A stretch of 64,000 nucleotides of DNA from NCBI RefSeq assembly GCF_009914755.1, contig NC_060925.1; one strand, given 5' to 3'. The stretch is from the human T2T-CHM13v2.0 reference genome, Homo sapiens. The notes beneath the pieces are model-generated. The model made no database searches and was not told the origin of the DNA. It worked only from the letters and a program-made list of their open reading frames with translations. The translations under genes were made by a program, and so were the position numbers. Shown here in pieces: positions 1 to 14,100 of this stretch. Each line of letters opens with the position of its first letter. Within the stretch, counting starts at the first letter, position 1.

Positions 1-372
1 GGCAACTGCATGGAATCTTGAGCAAGTTTATGGAAAATTATTGAGCCCACTCTTTTCGTGATCACTGTTCGCTGTGTGTCCCGAGGGCACTAACTCAGAG
101 TGTCCTTTGACCCCTTCATCAGTGTGTCACCCGGCCAATTCGCTGAGCTCACTTTCTCCTCTCTCTCTCTCTCCCTCTCCCTGTCTTTCTCTTTCATTCT
201 TTTCTACCTGGCCCTGGTCTATCCCAACATAAAGGCAATAATTCATTACCTCATTAATGGATCTGTCCTATTTCTTTTTAAACAGTTCCTTATGTTAGCC
301 ATGAAATCTAGCTGGGGCTGTGTGGTTTCTGATTCCCCCTGGCTTATTCTTTACTTTTTCCTACTTTTCCAG

Positions 373-545
373 GCTCAGCAGGGAGCTGCTGGATGAGAAA
401 GAGCCTGAAGTCTTGCAGGACTCACTGGATAGATGTTATTCGACTCCTTCAGGTTATCTTGAACTGCCTGACTTAGGCCAGCCCTACAGCAGTGCTGTTT
501 ACTCATTGGAGGAACAGTACCTTGGCTTGGCTCTTGACGTGGACA
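373..545 (+). CDS. NBPF: NBPF exon, HLS2 large exon (173 bp) [57 protein letters not shown]
   Basis: ttttccag|GCTCAGC ... GTGGACA|gtgagt. Confidence 0.93.
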
Positions 546-1701
546 GTGAGTACCTTACTGTGAAGGTGATAAGCCTCCACCTGGTCTTCCAGATAGGGGT
601 GATATTCCTGTTCCAAGTGCCCCTTACTGACCCGAGAGACGTCATTGCCGCAGGCAGGACCTATGGGCGCATATAGGTTGTAATGAAACTGTAGTCTCAG
701 TTGGAAGCCTAGACATGAAATGGGTCAGTGAGCAAGGCTCTATTCCTAGTCTCCAGCCATGCCTGTGGCAACCTGAGCCCGCTCTCAGCACATTGGACCC
801 AGGCAGATGTAAAAAATTCACAGAAGTATGATTTGGACTCAAGGGTTTGTAGATTTCCTCCTTCATTCTAATTTCAGTGTCTAAAATTCTTGCATCCATG
901 AACGAGCTGGGCATTTGATGAGACAGGGCTGAATACTTTAGTTTTCCTCCTGGAAATCATCTGGGGCATTTTCTTTGAACTGATGGGAACAATAAAGCAT
1001 AACTGTTTGCACAAACTTGGGATAAATGATTTTGGGATAACGATCTACCAGAATGGGGATATTTCACCCTTGGTTCTGAGATGCAAACCAAAGAATATCA
1101 TGACCAGCTTTCAGGCCTCCTGAAGTATATCTCTCACATTGTCCTGTTCTCATGCTGAGGAGCCTGAGATCCCTGTGTGGGGATTAGACAGTGGACTGTT
1201 ATGGGTGTAGGTGAATTGGCTTATTTTGTCTGTCCCTGTCTGAATGTATTGCAGGAATTAAAAAGGACCAAGAAGAGGAAGAAGACCAAGGCCCACCATG
1301 CCCCAGGTAACTGAGCAATTGTGAACAGCTACTTCTGTGTTGACATCTGGAGACTCCTGGTTCAGGGAAAACAGAGCGGGCTGACATTATCGATTACATC
1401 TTTTCAACCAAGCCTGAATTATTCCTACTAACATTGCTGTTGGTTTTCATTGCAGTAGATATTTAGGTTTCCATTTCTTCCTCCCCTTATCATTTACTAA
1501 CCTACTGTAGGTGGACCAGACTTCAAAAACTGTATTCTCATGGCGACTGCATGGAAACTTGAGCACATTTTATGGAAAATTATTGAGCACAGTCTTTTCA
1601 TGATCCCTGTATGCTGTGTGTCCTGAGGGCACTAACTCAGAGTGTCCTGTTACTCCCTCATCAGTGTGTCACCTGGACAATTCACTGAGCTCGTTCTCTC
1701 T

Positions 1702-1740
<39 letters not shown>

Positions 1741-4700
1741 TATCTGTCTTTCTCTTTCATTCTTTTCCATTTGGCCCTGTTCTGTCCCAACATGAAGGCA
1801 ATAATTTGTTACCTCATTAATGGATCTATCCTTTTAGTTTTTTAACCACTTCCCTATGCTACCCATGAAACCTAGTTGGGGCTCTGTTGTGTCTGATTTC
1901 CCCTGGCTTATTCTTTACTTTTTCCTCCTTTTCCAGGCTCAGCAGGGAGCTGCTGGAGGTAGTAGAGCCTGAAGTCTTGCAGGACTCACTGGATAGATGT
2001 TATTCAACTCCTTCCAGTTGTCTTGAACAGCCTGACTCCTGCCAGCCCTATGGAAGTTCCTTTTATGCATTGGAGGAAAAACATGTTGGCTTTTCTCTTG
2101 ATGTGGGAGGTGAGTACCTTTCTATGAAGGTGATAAGGATCCACTGAGTCTTCCATATAAAGATCATATTCCTGCTCCAAGTGGCCATTACTGAGCTGAG
2201 AGATGTCATTGCCACAGGGAGGACCTATAGGCACATGTAGGTTGAATGAAACTCTAGTTCTACCTGGAAGCCCAGACAAGGGATGGGTCAGTGCGCAAGA
2301 CTCTCTTCCTAGTCTCAGGCCATACCTGTGGCGCCCTGATCCTATTCTCATGACATTGGACCTGGGCAGATGTGACAAATTCAGAGAACTATGATTTTGA
2401 CTCAAGGGTTTGTAGATTTCCTTTTTCACTCTAATTTCAGTGTCTAAAGTCCTCACAACCATGAACAATCTGAGTATTTGTTGAGACAGGGCTAAATATT
2501 GCAGTTTTTCTCCTAGAAATCATTTGAGGGTATATGCTTTAAGTTGATTGGAAAAATATGGCGTAACTGTTTGCACAAACTTGGGACAAATGATATTGGG
2601 ATAACGATCTACTAGAATAGGGACATTTTACCCACAGTTTCTGGGAGAAAAACCGAGGAATTTCTATCATGACCAGCCTTCAGGCCTCCTGAAATATATC
2701 TCTCACAGTGTCCTATTCTTATGCTGAGGAGCCTGAGGTCCCTGTGTGAGGATTAGACAGTGGATTGTTATGTGTGTAGGGGAATCAGCTTAATGTGTCT
2801 GTCCATGTCTGAATTTATTGCAGAAATTGAAAAGAAGGGGAAGGGGAAGAAAAGAAGGGGAAGAAGATCAAAGAAGGAAAGAAGAAGGGGAAGAAAAGAA
2901 GAGGAAGAAGATCAAAACCCACCATGCCCCAGGTGACTTTCAGCAATTGTGGATGCTTAATTCTGTGTTAACACCTGGAGGCAACAGATTCAGGGAAACC
3001 AGAGTGTGTTTGATGACATGTTTTCAGCGAAGGCTGAATTACTCCTACTGTCATTGCTGTTGGTTTTCATTGCAGTAGATGTTTAGGTTTCCATTTCTTC
3101 CTCCCCTTATCATTTCCTAACGTACCATAGGTTGACCATACTTCAAAAGCTGTACTCTCATGGCCACTGCATCGAATTTTGAGCATATTTTATGGAAAAC
3201 TATTGAGCTCACTCTTTTCATGATCACAGTTTGCTGTGTGTCATGAGGGCACTAACTCAGAGTGTCCTTTGACTCCCTTACCAGTATGTCACCTGGCCAA
3301 TTCACTAGGTCACTTTCTCTCTGTCTCTGTCTCTGTCTCTGTCTCTGTCTGTCTTTCTCTTTCATTGTTTTCTACCTGGCCCTGTTCTATCCCAACATAA
3401 AGGCAATAATTTGTTACCTCATTAATGGATCTGTCCTTTTTCTTTTCAAACTCTTCCTTACGTTAGCCATGAAATCTAGCTGGGGCTGTGTGGTTTCTGA
3501 TTCCCCCTGGCTTATTCTTTACTTTTTCCCACTTTTCCAGGCTCAGCAGGGAGCTGCTGGATGAGAAAGGGCCTGAAGTCTTGCAGGACTCACTGGATAG
3601 ATGTTATTCAACTCCTTCAGGTTGTCTTGAACTGACTGACTCATGCCAGCCCTACAGAAGTGCCTTTTATGTATTGGAGCAACAGCGTGTTGGCTTGGCT
3701 GTTGACATGGATGGTGAGTACCTTTCTATGAAGGTGATAAGGATCCACTGAGTCTTCTGGTTAGGGTCATATTCCTACTGCAAGTGGCCCTTACTGAGCT
3801 GAGAGATGTCATTGCCACAGGGAGGAACTATAGGCACATGTAGGTTGAGTGAAACTCTAGTTCCACTTGGAAGCCCAGACAAGGGATGGGTCAGTGAGCA
3901 AGGCTCTCTTCGTAGTCTCAGGCCATGCCTGTGGCGCCCTAATCCTACTGTCAAGATGTTGGATCTGGGCAGATGTGACAAATTCACACAACTCTGATTT
4001 TGTCTCAATTTTGTAGATCTTGTAGATTTCATCCTTCACTCTAATTTCAGCGTGTAAAATCCTCACTACCATGAACAATCTGAGTATTTGATGAGACAGG
4101 GCTGAATAGTGCAGTTTTTCTCTTAGCAGCCATTTGGGGGCATTTGCTTTAAATCGATTGGAAAAATATGGCATAACCATTTGCACAAACTTGGGACAAA
4201 TGATATTGGGATAACGATCTACCAGAATAGGGAATTTTACCCACAGTTTCTGGGACAAAAACCAAGGAATCTCTATGGTGATCAGCCTTCAGGCCTCCTG
4301 AAGACTATCTCTCACAGTGTCCTATTCTCATGCTGAGGAGCCTGAAGTCCCTGTGTGAGGATTAGACAGTGGATTGTTATGTGTGTAGGAGAACCAGCTT
4401 AATATGTCTGTCCATGTCTGAACTTATTGCAGAAATTGAAAAGTACAAAGAAGTGGAAGAAGACCAAGACCCATCATGCCCCAGGTAACTTTGAGCAATT
4501 ATGGATGCTTAATTCTGTGTTGACACCTGGAGATGCCAGGTCCAGGGAAAACAAGAGTGTGTTCAATTTCATGTTTTCAACGAAGGTTGAATTACTCCTA
4601 CTGACATTGCTGTTGGTTTTCATTGCAGTAGATGTTTAGGTTTCCATTTCTTCCTCCCCTTATCATTTACTCACTTACTATAGGTTGACCATACCTCAAA

Positions 4701-6409
4701 GGCTGTATGGCAACTGCATGGAATCTTGAGCAAGTTTATGGAAAATTATTGAGCCCACTCTTTTCGTGATCACTGTTCGCTGTGTGTCCCGAGGGCACTA
4801 ACTCAGAGTGTCCTTTGACCCCTTCATCATTGTGTCACCCGGCCAATTCGCTGAGCTCACTTTCTCCTCTCTCTCTCTCTCCCTCTCCCTGTCTTTCTCT
4901 TTCATTCTTTTCTACCTGGCCCTGGTCTATCCCAACATAAAGGCAATAATTCATTACCTCATTAATGGATCTGTCCTATTTCTTTTTAAACAGTTCCTTA
5001 TGTTAGCCATGAAATCTAGCTGGGGCTGTGTGGTTTCTGATTCCCCCTGGCTTATTCTTTACTTTTTCCTACTTTTCCAGGCTCAGCAGGGAGCTGCTGG
5101 ATGAGAAAGAGCCTGAAGTCTTGCAGGACTCACTGGATAGATGTTATTCGACTCCTTCAGGTTATCTTGAACTGCCTGACTTAGGCCAGCCCTACAGCAG
5201 TGCTGTTTACTCATTGGAGGAACAGTACCTTGGCTTGGCTCTTGACGTGGACAGTGAGTACCTTACTGTGAAGGTGATAAGCCTCCACCTGGTCTTCCAG
5301 ATAGGGGTGATATTCCTGTTCCAAGTGCCCCTTACTGACCCGAGAGACGTCATTGCCGCAGTCAGGACCTATGGGCGCATATAGGTTGTAAAGAAACTGT
5401 AGTCTCAGTTGGAAGCCTAGACATGAAATGGGTCAGTGAGCAAGGCTCTATTCCTAGTCTCCAGCCATGCCTGTGGCAACCTGAGCCCGCTCTCAGCACA
5501 TTGGACCCAGGCAGATGTAAAAAATTCACAGAAGTATGATTTGGACTCAAGGGTTTGTAGATTTCCTCCTTCATTCTAATTTCAGTGTCTAAAATTCTTG
5601 CATCCATGAACGAGCTGGGCATTTGATGAGACAGGGCTGAATACTTTAGTTTTCCTCCTGGAAATCATCTGGGGCATTTTCTTTGAACTGATGGGAACAA
5701 TAAAGCATAACTGTTTGCACAAACTTGGGATAAATGATTTTGGGATAACGATCTACCAGAATGGGGATATTTCACCCTTGGTTCTGAGATGCAAACCAAA
5801 GAATATCATGACCAGCTTTCAGGCCTCCTGAAGTATATCTCTCACATTGTCCTGTTCTCATGCTGAGGAGCCTGAGATCCCTGTGTGGGGATTAGACAGT
5901 GGACTGTTATGGGTGTAGGTGAATTGGCTTATTTTGTCTGTCCCTGTCTGAATGTATTGCAGGAATTAAAAAGGACCAAGAAGAGGAAGAAGACCAAGGC
6001 CCACCATGCCCCAGGTAACTGAGCAATTGTGAACAGCTACTTCTGTGTTGACATCTGGAGACTCCTGGTTCAGGGAAAACAGAGCGGGCTGACATTATCG
6101 ATTACATCTTTTCAACCAAGCCTGAATTATTCCTACTAACATTGCTGTTGGTTTTCATTGCAGTAGATATTTAGGTTTCCATTTCTTCCTCCCCTTATCA
6201 TTTACTAACCTACTGTAGGTGGACCAGACTTCAAAAACTGTATTCTCATGGCGACTGCATGGAAACTTGAGCACATTTTATGGAAAATTATTGAGCACAG
6301 TCTTTTCATGATCCCTGTATGCTGTGTGTCCTGAGGGCACTAACTCAGAGTGTCCTGTTACTCCCTCATCAGTGTGTCACCTGGACAATTCACTGAGCTC
6401 GTTCTCTCT

Positions 6410-6448
<39 letters not shown>

Positions 6449-9400
6449 TATCTGTCTTTCTCTTTCATTCTTTTCCATTTGGCCCTGTTCTGTCCCAACA
6501 TGAAGGCAATAATTTGTTACCTCATTAATGGATCTATCCTTTTAGTTTTTTAACCACTTCCCTATGCTACCCATGAAACCTAGTTGGGGCTCTGTTGTGT
6601 CTGATTTCCCCTGGCTTATTCTTTACTTTTTCCTCCTTTTCCAGGCTCAGCAGGGAGCTGCTGGAGGTAGTAGAGCCTGAAGTCTTGCAGGACTCACTGG
6701 ATAGATGTTATTCAACTCCTTCCAGTTGTCTTGAACAGCCTGACTCCTGCCAGCCCTATGGAAGTTCCTTTTATGCATTGGAGGAAAAACATGTTGGCTT
6801 TTCTCTTGATGTGGGAGGTGAGTACCTTTCTATGAAGGTGATAAGGATCCACTGAGTCTTCCATATAAAGATCATATTCCTGCTCCAAGTGGCCATTACT
6901 GAGCTGAGAGATGTCATTGCCACAGGGAGGACCTATAGGCACATGTAGGTTGAATGAAACTCTAGTTCTACCTGGAAGCCCAGACAAGGGATGGGTCAGT
7001 GAGCAAGACTCTCTTCCTAGTCTCAGGCCATACCTGTGGCGCCCTGATCCTATTCTCATGACATTGGACCTGGGCAGATGTGACAAATTCAGAGAACTAT
7101 GATTTTGACTCAAGGGTTTGTAGATTTCCTTTTTCACTCTAATTTCAGTGTCTAAAGTCCTCACAACCATGAACAATCTGAGTATTTGTTGAGACAGGGC
7201 TAAATATTGCAGTTTTTCTCCTAGAAATCATTTGAGGGTATATGCTTTAAGTTGATTGGAAAAATATGGCGTAACTGTTTGCACAAACTTGGGACAAATG
7301 ATATTGGGATAACGATCTACTAGAATAGGGACATTTTACCCACAGTTTCTGGGAGAAAAACCGAGGAATTTCTATCATGACCAGCCTTCAGGCCTCCTGA
7401 AATATATCTCTCACAGTGTCCTATTCTTATGCTGAGGAGCCTGAGGTCCCTGTGTGAGGATTAGACAGTGGATTGTTATGTGTGTAGGGGAATCAGCTTA
7501 ATGTGTCTGTCCATGTCTGAATTTATTGCAGAAATTGAAAAGAAGGGGAAGGGGAAGAAAAGAAGGGGAAGAAGATCAAAGAAGGAAAGAAGAAGGGGAA
7601 GAAAAGAAGGGGAAGAAGATCAAAACCCACCATGCCCCAGGTGACTTTCAGCAATTGTGGATGCTTAATTCTGTGTTAACACCTGGAGGCAACAGATTCA
7701 GGGAAACCAGAGTGTGTTTGATGACATGTTTTCAGCGAAGGCTGAATTACTCCTACTGTCATTGCTGTTGGTTTTCATTGCAGTAGATGTTTAGGTTTCC
7801 ATTTCTTCCTCCCCTTATCATTTCCTAACGTACCATAGGTTGACCATACTTCAAAAGCTGTACTCTCATGGCCACTGCATCGAATTTTGAGCATAGTTTA
7901 TGGAAAACTATTGAGCTCACTCTTTTCATGATCACAGTTTGCTGTGTGTCATGAGGGCACTAACTCAGAGTGTCCTTTGACTCCCTTACCAGTATGTCAC
8001 CTGGCCAATTCACTAGGTCACTTTCTCTCTGTCTCTGTCTCTGTCTCTGTCTCTGTCTGTCTTTCTCTTTCATTGTTTTCTACCTGGCCCTGTTCTATCC
8101 CAACATAAAGGCAATAATTTGTTACCTCATTAATGGATCTGTCCTTTTTCTTTTCAAACTCTTCCTTACGTTAGCCATGAAATCTAGCTGGGGCTGTGTG
8201 GTTTCTGATTCCCCCTGGCTTATTCTTTACTTTTTCCCACTTTTCCAGGCTCAGCAGGGAGCTGCTGGATGAGAAAGGGCCTGAAGTCTTGCAGGACTCA
8301 CTGGATAGATGTTATTCAACTCCTTCAGGTTGTCTTGAACTGACTGACTCATGCCAGCCCTACAGAAGTGCCTTTTATGTATTGGAGCAACAGCGTGTTG
8401 GCTTGGCTGTTGACATGGATGGTGAGTACCTTTCTATGAAGGTGATAAGGATCCACTGAGTCTTCTGGTTAGGGTCATATTCCTACTGCAAGTGGCCCTT
8501 ACTGAGCTGAGAGATGTCATTGCCACAGGGAGGAACTATAGGCACATGTAGGTTGAGTGAAACTCTAGTTCCACTTGGAAGCCCAGACAAGGGATGGGTC
8601 AGTGAGCAAGGCTCTCTTCCTAGTCTCAGGCCATGCCTGTGGCACCCTAATCCTACTGTCAAGATGTTGGATCTGGACAGATGTGACAAATTCACACAAC
8701 TCTGATTTTGTCTCAATTTTGTAGATCTTGTAGATTTCATCCTTCACTCTAATTTCAGCGTGTAAAATCCTCACTACCATGAACAATCTGAGTATTTGAT
8801 GAGACAGGGCTGAATAGTGCAGTTTTTCTCCTAGCAGCCATTTGGGGTCATTTGCTTTAAATCGATTGGAAAAATATGGCATAACCATTTGCACAAACTT
8901 GGGACAAATGATATTGGGATAACGATCTACCAGAATAGGGAATTTTACCCACAGTTTCTGGGACAAAAACCAAGGAATCTCTATGGTGATCAGCCTTCAG
9001 GCCTCCTGAAGACTATCTCTCACAGTGTCCTATTCTCATGCTGAGGAGCCTGAAGTCCCTGTGTGAGGATTAGACAGTGGATTGTTATGTGTGTAGGAGA
9101 ACCAGCTTAATATGTCTGTCCATGTCTGAACTTATTGCAGAAATTGAAAAGTACCAAGAAGTGGAAGAAGACCAAGACCCATCATGCCCCAGGTAACTTT
9201 GAGCAATTACGGATGCTTAATTCTGTGTTGACACCTGGAGATGCCAGGTCCAGGGAAAACAAGAGTGTGTTCAATTTCATGTTTTCAACGAAGGTTGAAT
9301 TACTCCTACTGACATTGCTGTTGGTTTTCATTGCAGTAGATGTTTAGGTTTCCATTTCTTCCTCCCCTTATCATTTACTCACTTACTATAGGTTGACCAT

Positions 9401-11115
9401 ACCTCAAAGGCTGTATGGCAACTGCATGGAATCTTGAGCAAGTTTATGGAAAATTATTGAGCCCACTCTTTTCATGATCACTGTTCGCTGTGTGTCCCGA
9501 GGGCACTAACTCAGAGTGTCCTTTGACCCCTTCATCAGTGTGTCACCCGGCCAATTCGCTGAGCTCACTTTCTCCTCTCTCTCTCTCTCCCTCTCCCTGT
9601 CTTTCTCTTTCATTCTTTTCTACCTGGCCCTGGTCTATCCCAACATAAAGGCAATAATTCATTACCTCATTAATGGATCTGTCCTTTTTCTTTTTAAACA
9701 GTTCCTTATGTTAGCCATGAAATCTAGCTGGGGCTGTGTGGTTTCTGATTCCCCCTGGCTTATTCTTTACTTTTTCCTACTTTTCCAGGCTCAGCAGGGA
9801 GCTGCTGGATGAGAAAGAGCCTGAAGTCTTGCAGGACTCACTGGATAGATGTTATTCGACTCCTTCAGGTTATCTTGAACTGCCTGACTTAGGCCAGCCC
9901 TACAGCAGTGCTGTTTACTCATTGGAGGAACAGTACCTTGGCTTGGCTCTTGACGTGGACAGTGAGTACCTTACTGTGAAGGTGATAAGCCTCCACCTGG
10001 TCTTCCAGATAGGGGTGATATTCCTGTTCCAAGTGCCCCTTACTGACCCGAGAGACGTCATTGCCGCAGGCAGGACCTATGGGCGCATATAGGTTGTAAT
10101 GAAACTGTAGTCTCAGTTGGAAGCCTAGACATGAAATGGGTCAGTGAGCAAGGCTCTATTCCTAGTCTCCAGCCATGCCTGTGGCAACCTGAGCCCGCTC
10201 TCAGCACATTGGACCCAGGCAGATGTAAAAAATTCACAGAAGTATGATTTGGACTCAAGGGTTTGTAGATTTCCTCCTTCATTCTAATTTCAGTGTCTAA
10301 AATTCTTGCATCCATGAACGAGCTGGGCATTTGATGAGACAGGGCTGAATACTTTAGTTTTCCTCCTGGAAATCATCTGGGGCATTTTCTTTGAACTGAT
10401 GGGAACAATAAAGCATAACTGTTTGCACAAACTTGGGATAAATGATTTTGGGATAACGATCTACCAGAATGGGGATATTTCACCCTTGGTTCTGAGATGC
10501 AAACCAAAGAATATCATGACCAGCTTTCAGGCCTCCTGAAGTATATCTCTCACATTGTCCTGTTCTCATGCTGAGGAGCCTGAGATCCCTGTGTGGGGAT
10601 TAGACAGTGGACTGTTATGGGTGTAGGTGAATTGGCTTATTTTGTCTGTCCCTGTCTGAATGTATTGCAGGAATTAAAAAGGACGAAGAAGAGGAAGAAG
10701 ACCAAGACCCACCATGCCCCAGGTAACTGAGCAATTGTGAACAGCTACTTCTGTGTTGACATCTGGAGACTCCTGGTTCAGGGAAAACAGAGCGGGCTGA
10801 CATTATCGATTACATCTTTTCAACCAAGCCTGAATTATTCCTACTAACATTGCTGTTGGTTTTCATTGCAGTAGATATTTAGGTTTCCATTTCTTCCTCC
10901 CCTTATCATTTACTAACCTACTGTAGGTGGACCAGACTTCAAAAACTGTATTCTCATGGTGACTGCATGGAAACTTGAGCACATTTTATGGAAAATTATT
11001 GAGCACAGTCTTTTCATGATCCCTGTATGCTGTGTGTCCTGAGGGCACTAACTCAGAGTGTCCTGTTACTCCCTCATCAGTGTGTCACCTGGACAATTCA
11101 CTGAGCTCGTTCTCT

Positions 11116-11147
<32 letters not shown>

Positions 11148-14100
11148 CTATCTGTCTTTCTCTTTCATTCTTTTCCATTTGGCCCTGTTCTGTCCCAACA
11201 TGAAGGCAATAATTTGTTACCTCATTAATGGATCTATCCTTTTAGTTTTTTAACCACTTCCCTATGCTACCCATGAAACCTAGTTGGGGCTCTGTTGTGT
11301 CTGATTTCCCCTGGCTTATTCTTTACTTTTTCCTCCTTTTCCAGGCTCAGCAGGGAGCTCCTGGAGGTAGTAGAGCCTGAAGTCTTGCAGGACTCACTGG
11401 ATAGATGTTATTCAACTCCTTCCAGTTGTCTTGAACAGCCTGACTCCTGCCAGCCCTATGGAAGTTCCTTTTATGCATTGGAGGAAAAACATGTTGGCTT
11501 TTCTCTTGACGTGGGAGGTGAGTACCTTTCTATGAAGGTGATAAGGATCCACTGAGTCTTCCATATAAAGATCATATTCCTGCTCCAAGTGGCCATTACT
11601 GAGCTGAGAGATGTCATTGCCACAGGGAGGACCTATAGGCACATGTAGGTTGAATGAAACTCTAGTTCTACCTGGAAGCCCAGACAAGGGATGGGTCAGT
11701 GAGCAAGACTCTCTTCCTAGTCTCAGGCCATACCTGTGGCGCCCTGATCCTATTCTCATGACATTGGACCTGGGCAGATGTGACAAATTCAGAGAACTAT
11801 GATTTTGACTCAAGGGTTTGTAGATTTCCTTTTTCACTCTAATTTCAGTGTCTAAAGTCCTCACAACCATGAACAATCTGAGTATTTGATGAGACAGGGC
11901 TAAATATTGCAGTTTTTCTCCTAGAAATCATTTGAGGGTATTTGCTTTAAGTTGATTGGAAAAATATGGCGTAACTGTTTGCACAAACTTGGGACAAATG
12001 ATATTGGGATAACGATCTACTAGAATAGGGACATTTTACCCACAGTTTCTGGGAGAAAAACCGAGGAATTTCTATCATGACCAGCCTTCAGGCCTCCTGA
12101 AATATATCTCTCACAGTGTCCTATTCTTATGCTGAGGAGCCTGAGGTCCCTGTGTGAGGATTAGACAGTGGATTGTTATGTGTGTAGGGGAATCAGCTTA
12201 ATGTGTCTGTCCATGTCTGAATTTATTGCAGAAATTGAAAAGAAGGGGAAGGGGAAGAAAAGAAGGGGAAGAAGATCAAAGAAGGAAAGAAGAAGGGGAA
12301 GAAAAGAAGGGGAAGAAGATCAAAACCCACCATGCCCCAGGTGACTTTCAGCAATTGTGGATGCTTAATTCTGTGTTAACACCTGGAGGCAACAGATTCA
12401 GGGAAACCAGAGTGTGTTTGATGACATGTTTTCAGCGAAGGCTGAATTACTCCTACTGTCATTGCTGTTGGTTTTCATTGCAGTAGATGTTTAGGTTTCC
12501 ATTTCTTCCTCCCCTTATCATTTCCTAACGTACCATAGGTTGACCATACTTCAAAAGCTGTACTCTCATGGCCACTGCATCGAATTTTGAGCATAGTTTA
12601 TGGAAAACTATTGAGCTCACTCTTTTCATGATCACAGTTTGCTGTGTGTCATGAGGGCACTAAGTTAGAGTGTCCTTTGACTCCCTTACCAGTATGTCAC
12701 CTGGCCAATTCACTAGGTCACTTTCTCTCTGTCTCTGTCTCTGTCTCTGTCTCTGTCTGTCTTTCTCTTTCATTGTTTTCTACCTGGCCCTGTTCTATCC
12801 CAACATAAAGGCAATAATTTGTTACCTCATTAATGGATCTGTCCTTTTTCTTTTCAAACTCTTCCTTACGTTAGCCATGAAATCTAGCTGGGGCTGTGTG
12901 GTTTCTGATTCCCCCTGGCTTATTCTTTACTTTTTCCCACTTTTCCAGGCTCAGCAGGGAGCTGCTGGATGAGAAAGGGCCTGAAGTCTTGCAGGACTCA
13001 CTGGATAGATGTTATTCAACTCCTTCAGGTTGTCTTGAACTGACTGACTCATGCCAGCCCTACAGAAGTGCCTTTTATGTATTGGAGCAACAGCGTGTTG
13101 GCTTGGCTGTTGACATGGATGGTGAGTACCTTTCTATGAAGGTGATAAGGATCCACTGAGTCTTCTGGTTAGGGTCATATTCCTACTGCAAGTGGCCCTT
13201 ACTGAGCTGAGAGATGTCATTGCCACAGGGAGGACCTATAGGCACATGTAGGTTGAGTGAAACTCTAGTTCCACTTGGAAGCCCAGACAAGGGATGGGTC
13301 AGTGAGCAAGGCTCTCTTCCTAGTCTCAGGCCATGCCTGTGGCGCCCTAATCCTACTCTCAAGATGTTGGATCTGGGCAGATGTGACAAATTCACACAAC
13401 TCTGATTTTGTCTCAATTTTGTAGATCTTGTAGATTTCATCCTTCACTCTAATTTCAGCGTCTAAAATCCTCGCTACCATGAACAATCTGAGTATTTGAT
13501 GAGACAGGGCTGAATAGTGCAGTTTTTCTCCTAGCAGCCATTTGGGGGCATTTGCTTTAAATCGATTGGAAAAATATGGCATAACCATTTGCACAAACTT
13601 GGGACAAATGATATTGGGATAACGATCTACCAGAATAGGGAATTTTACCCACAGTTTCTGGGACAAAAACCAAGGAATCTCTATGGTGATCAGCCTTCAG
13701 GCCTCCTGAAGAATATCTCTCACAGTGTCCTATTCTCATGCTGAGGAGCCTGAAGTCCCTGTGTGAGGATTAGACAGTGGATTGTTATGTGTGTAGGAGA
13801 ACCAGCTTAATATGTCTGTCCATGTCTGAACTTATTGCAGAAATTGAAAAGTACCAAGAAGTGGAAGAAGACCAAGACCCATCATGCCCCAGGTAACTTT
13901 GAGCAATTATGGATGCTTAATTCTGTGTTGACACCTGGAGATGCCAGGTCCAGGGAAAACAAGAGTGTGTTCAATTTCATGTTTTCAGCGAAGGTTGAAT
14001 TACTCCTACTGACATTGCTGTTGGTTTTCATTGCAGTAGATGTTTAGGTTTCCATTTCTTCCTCCCCTTATCATTTACTCACTTACTGTAGGTTGACCAT

